Origin: a virus | Lineage: Duplodnaviria; Caudoviricetes | Reading direction: 5' to 3' (one strand) | Virus record (IMG/VR): IMGVR_UViG_2706796489_000001 | Coordinates: 17,542-81,541 of that record | DNA: 64,000 bases | Part shown: positions 10,801 through 18,639 of the stretch, piece after piece | Layout: every line of letters starts with the position of its first letter | Position numbering within the stretch: the stretch's first letter is position 1 | Program-made: the position numbers and the translations under genes | Notes under the pieces: generated by a model | Told to the model about the DNA's origin: nothing | Database searches by the model: none | Seen by the model: the letters and a program-made list of their open reading frames with translations, nothing else

Positions 10801-11427
10801 TACAGCACGACTTGGGCGCAGGCCACCTACCCGTGGGACGACCCCAAGGCGCGCACGCCGTGGGTCACGCCCGGCGACATCTCATCCATCGGCTACAAGT
10901 CCGAGATCTCGCTGCGCCGCGAGATCCCTGCGGATGTGCTGCACTCCTGGCCCCTGAACGGCACGCTGGTCTCGGAAGGCTTGTCCGACCGCAACCCCGC
11001 CAACATCCTGGAACAGGAGAACATCACCTACGGCACCGGCAAATACGGCCGAGGCCTGTACGTGGAAAGCGGCACGCCGACGCCAACCAAGCTGCGCTAC
11101 ACGACCATCATCCCGTCCACCTTCAGCTTCAGCGCCTGGGTTCGCCCGATGGATGTTGAGGACGACGTGTGGTTCGTGATGGAACGCGGAGCTGACTGGA
11201 TCGCCGTGGTCTACAACAAGGAACGCGAAGCCGTCATGGTCACTTCGACCGACAGCAAGCAGATCCTCATTCCTTTCAAGATCAACCCTGGTGAACGTTA
11301 CCTGGTCACGCTCGTTCAAGGTAGCGGTGATCGCACCTTGTACGTCGGCCGTGAAGACAACACCTATGCCAAGGGCATGGTCTCCGCCTTCCCGATTGGC
11401 GCTATCACCAGCGTGAGGTACTACTGA
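7837..11427 (+). CDS. Tail tip / central fibre protein (gpJ-like) with FN3 repeats and a C-terminal lectin-like region
   Basis: 1196 aa; GPIRGL, WTNCPPWILYDL, RYTFN motifs; repeated W..P..YEIR FN3 modules; FSFSAWVRP LamG-like strand. Confidence 0.9.
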   Translation: MHIAPLRGAGGGGGGSSSKYKRTDDNLFSRDTVELVLGLSVGPIRGLTRGMKSFYVGGTPLMSEGGDMNFQSFNLGVKLGYESDGPVSYKLGGESSNKSVGTKMMSGTWISRQTEQTVRGVIDQLQVRINFQQLYRTDDKGDYNHTAQFYIQYKPASSGWWQNYGGEMVQITGKTTSGYYVDFVFDVPRINDDWLIRVMKVNPDSTNTNVCDMAWDSFQAITKSNRRYNKLALAHIVALATSQFGSIPDFAGVYDGRLIQIPTNYNPDTRLYDEITPWNGTFKTGWTNCPPWILYDLIMNPDYGLRKYYPQITVNRFDFYDAAKWCDTFVPNGKGGYQPRYTFNMALLEAKDGLEMLQWIAGSFGAVIFDDATGQVYLKVDKWEEPKMLFTPENVEGGDFNYSFTDMTTRYNDYKVQFVNPDLDWNQDQRRVYDPTHIASHGNIPTEMVMVGCTDEHEALRRGYYRMITALTETCSVTFNVARLGKVIDPYMVIAIADPTPGWSVSGRIKAYMNSYVQLRDPIYFTTVQNYTMTLQTVDGLVKVVVNPERVGTAFQVKVVSGFVPDGLPDRTVFSIEDNGNFGVAKPFRVMDIENIEGSADRFTIMAIEINRNKQAGADNCTPVGSVQYSFKNPLIPPPPMNIQADSGTEQMIIAQDGSIMARIFAYWDAPPNVLIERYEIEWKESDQSTWYYTTSPSESVFLAPCKSGVAYDIVVWAVNSFGNRSSALTLFNYVCIGKTAPPSNVKNFTIRRRTNDILLQWDAIPDLDRKGYEIRIGTTWETATVLVTDYSATQFAWTTTEGGSYSFLISAIDSSGNYSLLPTLQTIYIQGPSAVTGVIAIQSNNRIELRWTPNPEDNILEYEIREGGAWGTAVFLAKVKSTGYSVTAGSAGTRMFWIKAIASPGVYSERASFVTTDVAQLDDTNIIYTTDEVANGFLGSRYNMVVVGGELRMDSGRQRSEYIFPVTLPTRFRAQNTLFVGLDAIVDYSTTWAQATYPWDDPKARTPWVTPGDISSIGYKSEISLRREIPADVLHSWPLNGTLVSEGLSDRNPANILEQENITYGTGKYGRGLYVESGTPTPTKLRYTTIIPSTFSFSAWVRPMDVEDDVWFVMERGADWIAVVYNKEREAVMVTSTDSKQILIPFKINPGERYLVTLVQGSGDRTLYVGREDNTYAKGMVSAFPIGAITSVRYY

Positions 11428-11900
11428 TGTCACACATCATCTCCGATGCCTTGGTGACTACCAAGCTTTTGACCGAGGAACAGTTTCGACAGTCCCTCAT
11501 CAACGAAGCGCCGGTGGGCTTCGGCCCCTTCCAGCAGTTCGTCCCCGGTGACTACGAGTATGAGACTGCGCTGTACCGGATCTCGATGGTGTCGAGTTCC
11601 GGCGACCGTGGTGTGATCAACAAGTTGCAGGTTGATGTGGACGTGCCGGACATGATGGACCGTGGTCGCGTGACGATCACGCCGGCCATGGCCGCAGCTG
11701 GCCCGACCTGGGTGTCTTTCAGCCGCCCGTTCCACATTCCTCCTGAGCCTGTAACCAACTTGATGAGCGCGTCGTTCGAATGCGTGGTCCGCGTGTTGCC
11801 GGATTCCGTCACTCGGGCAGGCTTCATGGTCTACCTCCAACGGACGGACAACGGGGAACGAACGGATGGTGTGCTGACCTGGGCCGCGCACTCCTATTAA
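11427..11900 (+). CDS. Tail-associated hypothetical protein
   Basis: Coupled to gpJ-like stop; beta-rich; F..PF...P motif of tail-fibre adaptors. Confidence 0.6.
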   Translation: MSHIISDALVTTKLLTEEQFRQSLINEAPVGFGPFQQFVPGDYEYETALYRISMVSSSGDRGVINKLQVDVDVPDMMDRGRVTITPAMAAAGPTWVSFSRPFHIPPEPVTNLMSASFECVVRVLPDSVTRAGFMVYLQRTDNGERTDGVLTWAAHSY

Positions 11901-11921
11901 ACCTGGGCTTCTCCGGTTCTC

Positions 11922-11933
11922 CCGGATAAAATC
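11922..11933 (+). promoter_or_regulatory. Putative late-promoter element CCGGATAAAATC
   Basis: Intergenic, upstream of tail fibre; similar to CCGGTTAGAATC at 16063 and TAAAATC at 21640 (- strand). Confidence 0.3.
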
Positions 11934-11960
11934 TCACCACGGTAAACGGAAGATTCAACC

Positions 11961-13412
11961 ATGCAAAACTACACCAACATCCCGTCAAGCCAGCGAGTCT
12001 CCGACTCGCTGGCGCTGTTGCTGAACAACGACCTGACGGGGATCTCGCGCAACAGTGGCACGGCCTTCCCGACCATCGGTCTGCAAGTCGGGATGCCCTT
12101 CGTCCATTTGACCGAGCGCAAGCTGTACCGCCTGGAGAGTCTGTCGCCCGTCACCTGGACGCTGGAGCTGGACCTGGCCAAGACCCTGGTCTACTCGGAA
12201 ACCATTGACACGGTGAACGCGCTGGTGGCCACCAAGGTTTCGCTGTCGGGCGGCGTCATGACCGGATTGCTGACCTTGAGCGGCAACCCGACGCAGACCC
12301 TGCACGCGGCCACCAAGGGCTACGTGGATACGGTCGGCGCTACCGCTTCAGCGTCCGCCAATACCCGCGTGCTCAAGACGGGCGACACCATGACCGGCCA
12401 GCTCACGCTGCCGGGAGATCCGACCTTGGATCTTCATGCGGCGACCAAACGCTATGCCGACTACCTGTTCAACACGGTCAACCAGAACAAGGTGAACAAG
12501 GCCGGCGACACGGTGAACGAGATCTACAACACCGGCTGGTATCGCTCGACGGGTAACGTGGGCTGGTACAACCAGACCTACGGTGGCGGCCTGTACATGG
12601 TTGATTCCGTCTACTTGCGCGGCACGGGCGCACAGGGGTTGATCGTCGGCCCTCACCAGCTACTGAACAACGGTCAGATCTACACCGGACGCTACGGCTA
12701 CCTTGAAAACTACTTCGCTTCCAAGAGCGCGGAAGATCGCATCACGGCGGCGAGCACGACCGAATCGGGCAGCGGCTCCTTCTACAACCCGGGCGGCTAT
12801 TACCTGACGCGCTCCGGCGCCTACGTCTACCTCGTCAAGCCGCGCCAGAACTGCAACTGTGACTGCAACTGCAATTGCTCGTGCTTCCCGGCCGGTACGA
12901 TGGTGCTGATGGCCGATGGGACGCAGAAGCTGATCGAGACCATCCAGGTCGGAGATCAAGTCATGGGCTGGGATGGCCAGCCTGATGAAGTTGACTTGAT
13001 GGAATACCCGATCTTGGGCGAGCGCCGCCTGGCTGGCTTTGCTGACGGCTCGTTGAGCTGGTCGGAAGAGCACCTGGCCTGGACGCGCCGCGATGGCCAC
13101 GAGTGGTTCGGCACGCTGGGCAAGAACTGGTGGTATGCCGAGGTACTGGCGGATCACGTCGTCGGCCTGCGCGACAACGCCACGCTGCGGGATCTGGATG
13201 AAGACCGCGACGAGTTCGCGCACGTTAGCGGCTGGGTCAAGCGCAAGCTGGTGGCCGAGAAGGCCGACTACAACACCCAGCTGTACCTGCCGCGCACCAA
13301 GCGCACGCACATGATCATCGTCAACGGCTACCTGATGACGGCCGGCACTGACGGCTTCGCTGTGGACTACACGCAAGTGAACTGGAAAGGACTCCCCCAT
13401 GTTGCTGCATAA
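11961..13412 (+). CDS. Tail fibre with Cys-rich NCNCDCNCNCS motif and C-terminal Hint domain
   Basis: Two G.TMTG.LTL.G.PT..LHAATK.Y.D fibre repeats; GWYRSTGNVGWYNQTYGGG fibre-tip segment; Hint block A CFPAGTMVLMADG from codon 308, block B SEEH; no terminal His-Asn. Confidence 0.85.
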   Translation: MQNYTNIPSSQRVSDSLALLLNNDLTGISRNSGTAFPTIGLQVGMPFVHLTERKLYRLESLSPVTWTLELDLAKTLVYSETIDTVNALVATKVSLSGGVMTGLLTLSGNPTQTLHAATKGYVDTVGATASASANTRVLKTGDTMTGQLTLPGDPTLDLHAATKRYADYLFNTVNQNKVNKAGDTVNEIYNTGWYRSTGNVGWYNQTYGGGLYMVDSVYLRGTGAQGLIVGPHQLLNNGQIYTGRYGYLENYFASKSAEDRITAASTTESGSGSFYNPGGYYLTRSGAYVYLVKPRQNCNCDCNCNCSCFPAGTMVLMADGTQKLIETIQVGDQVMGWDGQPDEVDLMEYPILGERRLAGFADGSLSWSEEHLAWTRRDGHEWFGTLGKNWWYAEVLADHVVGLRDNATLRDLDEDRDEFAHVSGWVKRKLVAEKADYNTQLYLPRTKRTHMIIVNGYLMTAGTDGFAVDYTQVNWKGLPHVAA

Positions 13413-14121
13413 ATCCTTCGTCTCCCCCGAGCTGGTCTTCTCGGACGACAAAGAAGTGGCCAAGGCCAATGAATGGACCTTGCGTGTTCAACCCACGCCT
13501 ACCGGGTTCATCATCCAGTCTGCGGCCTATCAGCTGTATTGGCAGTTCGACCACACGAAGCTCCAGCACGGCGACGACATCCTGCACCTGGTCAAGGCCC
13601 GCAGCGGTGAGGTCAAGATGATCTGGCACTCCGAGACCACGCAGTCCAAGGACGGCATGGCGGCGGCGCTCCAGCGCAACAACATCGACGTGTTCATGCC
13701 GCTGGTGGTCATCGCCATTGCCAAGGACACGTCCGACTTCGTTGCGGTGTTCCAGGCCAACTCGACCCAGACCCTGGGCGACTTCAACGTGCTGCCCGAG
13801 AACCTGGCCACGGCGCGCTCGGACGAGATCTTCCTGGCCGTCGCGCCGCAGATGACGGACATGATCAACCGTTATGGCGAGAAGATGCGCTTGCTCAAGG
13901 GCATCCGCACCAACGACGCCATCGCGGCGCTGGAGGCCCAGGTGGATCTGCTGACCTCGTGGGTGTCGGCGCTGATCCCCGAGGAATTCCGGGACCAGCT
14001 GATCGAGGCCGGAGTTCTAAGGAACAAAGATACCAAAGTGGTTTTTGATGATATGCTTGCGTTCAAGCAGTCGATGCGCTCCCGCGTTGGCACTTATCAA
14101 AAGATCGTCAAGAAAACATGA
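13399..14121 (+). CDS. Hypothetical protein between tail fibre and radical SAM enzyme
   Basis: 240 aa; overlaps both neighbours; helical C-terminus. Confidence 0.75.
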   Translation: MLLHKSFVSPELVFSDDKEVAKANEWTLRVQPTPTGFIIQSAAYQLYWQFDHTKLQHGDDILHLVKARSGEVKMIWHSETTQSKDGMAAALQRNNIDVFMPLVVIAIAKDTSDFVAVFQANSTQTLGDFNVLPENLATARSDEIFLAVAPQMTDMINRYGEKMRLLKGIRTNDAIAALEAQVDLLTSWVSALIPEEFRDQLIEAGVLRNKDTKVVFDDMLAFKQSMRSRVGTYQKIVKKT

Positions 14122-15482
14122 CCACCTTTGTTCTCAAGACGGTCGATGCCGATGGCATCGGCCGTGATTTTTTGTACAACAACATGGCCAGCGTGTTGCG
14201 TGAGATCAGCACCAACACGAAGATCATGCCGCGTGTCACCGAAGAGAAGGTGACGCCGACCCGCCCGGTCATGGTGACGTGGAAGAAGAGCCGCAAGATC
14301 AGCGTGCTCAAGATTCAGCTGGGTCTGTCCTGCAACTACTCCTGCGAATACTGTCTCCAGCGCTTCGTGCCATTCGAGCAAGACACGAGCGCCCGCGATG
14401 TCGAGGCCTTCATGGCCAGCCTGGAGCGCAACGTCACGCTGGCGCCTAACGCCCGCATCCAGTTCTGGGGCGGCGAGCCGCTGGTCTACTGGAAGACCAT
14501 GTTCCCCTTGGCGCGAGCACTGCGCGCCAAGTACCCCGAGGCACAGTTCTCGGTCATCACCAATGGTTCATTGTTGGATTTCGAGAAGGCCTTGTTCCTG
14601 CTGGAGCTGGGCTTTGACGTGGCCATCTCGCACGACGGCCCCGGCCAGTCGATCCGAGGTGCTGACCCGTTCGAAGATCCGCTCACGCGCCAGGCCATTC
14701 TCATGCTCTACCAGCGCCTGCAACCGCTGGGCAAGATGTCCTTCAACGCGATGATCCACAAGAACAACCAGAGCCGCGCTGCGGTTCAAGAGTTCTTCCA
14801 GAAGCTGACCAACGATCCTGACGTGCCGATTGGTGAAGGCGGCTTCATCGACGCCTACGATGAAGGCGGCATGATGCACACGACCATGACCGCGCAAGAG
14901 CACGTCGAGTTCCGCCGGCAGGCGTTCGATGAGATCTCCAATGGTCGAGCCTTGAACTTCGTGTCGGTCGGCCAGAAGATCATGGACTTCTTCGAAACGC
15001 TGGACACTGGCCGCAGCGGCTACCACGTCTGGCAGAAGTGCGGCATGGATAAGGAAGACCGCATCGCGGTCACGCTCAAGGGCGACGTGCTGACGTGCCA
15101 GAACGTCTCAACCACGGCGGTCGCGGCGAACGGTGCCTCGCACCATGTCGGCAACATCGAGCGGATGGAAGAGGTCAAGATCGAAACCAGCAGCCACTGG
15201 CTCGGCCGCGAGAACTGCCGGTCATGCCCGGTGCTTCAGCTGTGCAAAGGCTCCTGCATGTACCTGCAAGGCGACCTGTGGGATGCGAGCTGCGCGGCCT
15301 CGTACAGCGACAACGTGGTCTTGCTGGCCGTGGCCGTGAAAGAGCTGACGGGATGCACGCTCAAGACCATCGAGCCGCTGGGCGACAAGCTCCCTGACTA
15401 CCGGCGCAACGTGTTCGATGACGCCCCCAAGAACGAAACGCACCTTCGGAAAATCATTCCGATCACCCTGGAGAAGAAGTGA
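14118..15482 (+). CDS. Radical SAM enzyme with SPASM domain
   Basis: CNYSCEYC (CX3CX2C, 14331-14354), WGGEP, ITNG, ISHDG; seven-Cys SPASM CX13GX4C...CX2CX5CX3C...C. Confidence 0.95.
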   Translation: MTTFVLKTVDADGIGRDFLYNNMASVLREISTNTKIMPRVTEEKVTPTRPVMVTWKKSRKISVLKIQLGLSCNYSCEYCLQRFVPFEQDTSARDVEAFMASLERNVTLAPNARIQFWGGEPLVYWKTMFPLARALRAKYPEAQFSVITNGSLLDFEKALFLLELGFDVAISHDGPGQSIRGADPFEDPLTRQAILMLYQRLQPLGKMSFNAMIHKNNQSRAAVQEFFQKLTNDPDVPIGEGGFIDAYDEGGMMHTTMTAQEHVEFRRQAFDEISNGRALNFVSVGQKIMDFFETLDTGRSGYHVWQKCGMDKEDRIAVTLKGDVLTCQNVSTTAVAANGASHHVGNIERMEEVKIETSSHWLGRENCRSCPVLQLCKGSCMYLQGDLWDASCAASYSDNVVLLAVAVKELTGCTLKTIEPLGDKLPDYRRNVFDDAPKNETHLRKIIPITLEKK

Positions 15483-15883
15483 TGAACGACCCTCAAGCTC
15501 AAGCTCAACCCCGCGAACCCGGCGACTACATGATCCAGGCGCTGCAACACCAGCGCAACAACGCCATGGACTTGCTGGCGCAGACCCAGATGTCCCTGGG
15601 CATGGCTCAACAAGGCCTGGAGCAAGCCATCGCGCAGAACAAGGCGCTCAACGAGATGAACGAGGCCATGATCAAGGCCAACGCCGAGCTGGAAGGTGAG
15701 CTGGCGCGCCTGCGGTCGGAGAACCAGATCCTGGCCACCAAGCTCGACTCGCACGCGCACTGCGCGCAAGGGGAGGGGGTCTTGACCACGTTGCTCACGG
15801 CCGACAATCCGCCCGCGCATACCCCGCCTCCCCCTCAAGCCCAGGCGGGCGAGCCGGCCACGGCGAGGGGGTCGGAAAGTTGA
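15479..15883 (+). CDS. Coiled-coil hypothetical protein, last gene of the fibre/rSAM operon
   Basis: ATGA overlap with rSAM stop; heptad-like Gln/Leu pattern; Pro-rich tail. Confidence 0.7.
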   Translation: MMNDPQAQAQPREPGDYMIQALQHQRNNAMDLLAQTQMSLGMAQQGLEQAIAQNKALNEMNEAMIKANAELEGELARLRSENQILATKLDSHAHCAQGEGVLTTLLTADNPPAHTPPPPQAQAGEPATARGSES

Positions 15884-16004
15884 CGCCCCACCAGTGGTCG
15901 TGGAAGAGGCGCTGGCGCGTTTTCTGAACGCCGTTGGGGACCAGATAGCAGCACTGGCCAGAAAGCTCCCCAGAGGCCGGAATCGCAGGCCATAGCCCTA
16001 TGTG

Positions 16005-16033
16005 AAAGCGCCCTTGACGGGCGCTTTTTCTTT
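16005..16033 (+). terminator. Intrinsic terminator
   Basis: AAAGCGCCC-TTGAC-GGGCGCTTT followed by TTCTTT. Confidence 0.85.
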
Positions 16034-16062
16034 CCAGAAAACCTTTGGGTAGATGCAACCAT

Positions 16063-16074
16063 CCGGTTAGAATC
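16063..16074 (+). promoter_or_regulatory. Putative late-promoter element CCGGTTAGAATC upstream of lysis cassette
   Basis: TAGAAT is -10-like; similar to the 11922 element. Confidence 0.3.
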
Positions 16075-16098
16075 ATCCCACCTTCACCGGAGTTCACC

Positions 16099-16638
16099 GT
16101 GATCACCATTTCCCCCCAACAGCTCAAGCGGATAATGCCGAACGCCAGCCTGGCTAACACGGAGCTGTACGCGCCTCTGCTGACCTCGCACATGCTCAAG
16201 TGGCACATCGACACTTACGAGCAAGTCACTGCCTTCATCGCCAACGTTGGCCATGAAAGCGGTGAGTTGAAATGGGTCGAAGAGATTGCAAGTGGTGCCG
16301 CTTATGAAGGTCGCCGCGATCTCGGCAACACCGAACCTGGCGATGGCAAGCGGTACAAAGGCCGGGGTCTCATCCAGTTGACGGGCCGGCTCAACTACGT
16401 GTTGATCGGCTTCATGCTGGAGCAAGACTTCATCAACAACCCTGAAAAACTCAAGGAGCCGAAATTCGCATCCGAAAGCGCTTGCGCCTTCTGGTGGAAC
16501 AACTATCTGGATCGCAAAGCAACGAGCGAGACTCAGTTCCGCCAAGTCGTCAAGATCATCAACGGCGGATATAACGGGATGGACGACCGTAGCAAGTTGT
16601 ACGCCCGCGCCCGTGACGTTCTCGCGGAGCAAAAATAA
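16099..16638 (+). CDS. Endolysin, glycoside hydrolase family 19
   Basis: FIANVGHESG, YKGRGLIQLTGRLNY, INGGYNG..DR; GTG start after GGAG. Confidence 0.92.
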   Translation: MITISPQQLKRIMPNASLANTELYAPLLTSHMLKWHIDTYEQVTAFIANVGHESGELKWVEEIASGAAYEGRRDLGNTEPGDGKRYKGRGLIQLTGRLNYVLIGFMLEQDFINNPEKLKEPKFASESACAFWWNNYLDRKATSETQFRQVVKIINGGYNGMDDRSKLYARARDVLAEQK

Positions 16639-17048
16639 TGAACCACAATGACTTCATTGGTCGCCTCATGTTCACGAGTTGGGCGGTCATCGTAGTTATC
16701 TTAGCGGTGACTCCCTCAGACTCTGTTCCCGAGATCAGCAATCTGTATGGAGGAATGTTGCTCACAGTCCTCCTGGCAATTGCAAGCGCGTTCTTGATTG
16801 CTGATCTGGTCATCAACGACTTCATGCCTCCCCGATTCGTGTTTCGCACCGCGATGAAGTGGAGAACATGGGCCTACACTCTGTCGTCTTTCGTATACGC
16901 CGCCCACTTGTTCGTCGTCGCTCGGTCGATTGGATTTGTGGAAGGCGGGACCATCGTCATGTACACGACCATGGTCCTATTCGGATTGCTGCTCTCGTTT
17001 CGCAACATCTTCTGCCTGCGAGGGAAAAAGCGTGCAACCGTTAATTAA
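16638..17048 (+). CDS. Holin-like/antiholin membrane protein (about 4 TM segments)
   Basis: Four hydrophobic stretches and a basic C-terminus; within lysis cassette. Confidence 0.6.
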   Translation: MNHNDFIGRLMFTSWAVIVVILAVTPSDSVPEISNLYGGMLLTVLLAIASAFLIADLVINDFMPPRFVFRTAMKWRTWAYTLSSFVYAAHLFVVARSIGFVEGGTIVMYTTMVLFGLLLSFRNIFCLRGKKRATVN

Positions 17049-17442
17049 ATATATGGCCGCTATGACGGCCATGCTGTGGGGCGTTACCTTCACTGCGGCG
17101 GTGCAAGCTCAAGGCATCGGCTACCGCATTGGGGCTGACCTGGCGAGCATTCCGTTCTCGGCTTACGTGATCGTGGTGATGCTCAGTGGTGTCGGCGGAT
17201 TTGTCTCGACGTTGATCCGGCTGTCGAATGAGTCCGACGAAAAACTTGCGCGGTGGAAGCTCTTCGCCCTGCGAGATATGGCGTCGTCCTTGTTGGCCGG
17301 CATCGTGGTCTTCTTCTGGGCGGAATCCTCCCAGTGGGATTCCGCTCGTGCCGCCATCATGATCACGCTGGCCGGCTTCGGCGGGACCAAGGTGCTTGAC
17401 ATCCTGATGGACAAGTTCTTTTCCAAAAAGGAGCCGCAATGA
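17032..17442 (+). CDS. Holin-like membrane protein (LydA-like)
   Basis: Three to four TM segments, LAGFGG motif, charged C-terminus; start GTG 17032 or ATG 17053. Confidence 0.7.
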   Translation: MQPLIKYMAAMTAMLWGVTFTAAVQAQGIGYRIGADLASIPFSAYVIVVMLSGVGGFVSTLIRLSNESDEKLARWKLFALRDMASSLLAGIVVFFWAESSQWDSARAAIMITLAGFGGTKVLDILMDKFFSKKEPQ

Positions 17443-18005
17443 AGATGATCTCTCTCCAGACCACCATCATTGCGGCCGCAATAGCACTCGCGGTCGGGGG
17501 CATCGGCGGATTGGTCTCGGCATGGAGCCTCACCAGGAACCATTACATCGCCAAGATCGAATCTGAACGATCAGCTGCGAGTGAGGCCGCTCGTATCGCT
17601 GAAGCGAAGTTCAACACCACGGTGGCCAACCTCAAGTCTGCCAGCAGCCGTGAGCTAAATGAAGTATCAACTGCTCTTCAGGAGAAACTGAATGCTGCTG
17701 AAAAGATCAACGATGATTATGCTCGTCGTATCGCCACTGGTTCTCTCGTCCTGCGCGACCCGGGAGCCAGTCGCCCCCGTCAAGTATCCCAGGATCGAAG
17801 TTGCCCCGCCGCCAGCCAACGTGATGGTCAAACGGGAAGCGAACTTTCGACAGAGGCTTCTCAATTTCTTTGGGGAGAAGCCGAGCGAGCTGACCGAAAC
17901 ACCGAAGAATTGAGCGCGTGCCAGGCGGTGGCCGCGAGCTACTGGCAACTGATCAACAAGTATGGCCTGGAGATCGAAGCTCTCACGGCCACCATGATGA
18001 AGTAA
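17439..18005 (+). CDS. i-spanin (Rz-like)
   Basis: N-terminal TM then coiled coil; C-terminal L.ACQ motif. Confidence 0.85.
   Translation: MKMISLQTTIIAAAIALAVGGIGGLVSAWSLTRNHYIAKIESERSAASEAARIAEAKFNTTVANLKSASSRELNEVSTALQEKLNAAEKINDDYARRIATGSLVLRDPGASRPRQVSQDRSCPAASQRDGQTGSELSTEASQFLWGEAERADRNTEELSACQAVAASYWQLINKYGLEIEALTATMMK
17692..17913 (+). CDS. o-spanin (Rz1-like lipoprotein) embedded in i-spanin
   Basis: Alternative frame inside Rz; lipobox LSSC; Pro-rich mature part. Confidence 0.85.
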   Translation: MLLKRSTMIMLVVSPLVLSSCATREPVAPVKYPRIEVAPPPANVMVKREANFRQRLLNFFGEKPSELTETPKN

Positions 18006-18014
18006 GGACTGAAG

Positions 18015-18635
18015 ATGGCCACCAACCCTCTTATCCCTAACAACGCAGATGGCCAGAAGGTGATCCTGGTCGTAGCACCCGTAGTGAATGCCGGAGATAA
18101 CATCGTGCCTATCAAGATGCTTTATGGAAGCGGCGCGCCGTCGAATGCTGACGGCGACGAGAAAGACTTCTACATGAACATCGACAACTACTATCTCTTC
18201 GGTCCCAAGACCCAGGGTCTGTGGGGGACCGGCATCAACCTGCGTGAGAAGGGAGAGCAAGGCCCGCCCGGGGACATCAACCTGGAGAAGATCGAAGAGA
18301 TCATCGGACCTTCTGGCGCGAATGCCGAAATCGTGATCGACCTCTCGCTGGTCAAGTCGGTGTTCAAGATCAAGCTCAATGCTTCGATGAACAAGATCAC
18401 GCTGGTGAACACGACCACGGCCGACGCTTCGATTGCGCGCACCTTCACGGCTGTGCTGGAGCAAGGCACCGGCAGCAACGAAGTCACCGACTGGGACGCC
18501 CGTATCCGTTGGCCCGATGGTCTGCCGCCTGAGCTGTCGTATCAGATCTCCACCTACGACATCTTCCACTTCCTGTCGCTCAATCGCGGTGACTCGTTCA
18601 TCCCGATGCGCGTTGCGGCCAACGCCCCGGTGTAA
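18015..18635 (+). CDS. Virion appendage-like protein with a short collagen-like motif
   Basis: G.GAPSNADG..KDFY, GEQGPPGD, W...IRWP.G.PP fibre-type motifs. Confidence 0.6.
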   Translation: MATNPLIPNNADGQKVILVVAPVVNAGDNIVPIKMLYGSGAPSNADGDEKDFYMNIDNYYLFGPKTQGLWGTGINLREKGEQGPPGDINLEKIEEIIGPSGANAEIVIDLSLVKSVFKIKLNASMNKITLVNTTTADASIARTFTAVLEQGTGSNEVTDWDARIRWPDGLPPELSYQISTYDIFHFLSLNRGDSFIPMRVAANAPV

Positions 18636-18639
18636 CCCC

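Noticed and set aside
11961-13412. Diversity-generating retroelement acting on the tail fibre
   Set aside because: No reverse transcriptase, and I found no template/variable repeat pair; the AAC codons are explained by the Asn-Cys motif
15866-15995. prfB-like +1 frameshift (AGGGGG...AGT TGA C) or a 33-aa ORF at 15894..15995
   Set aside because: The AGT-to-GTT shift does not allow tRNA re-pairing and the SD spacing differs from prfB; the small ORF has no clear SD
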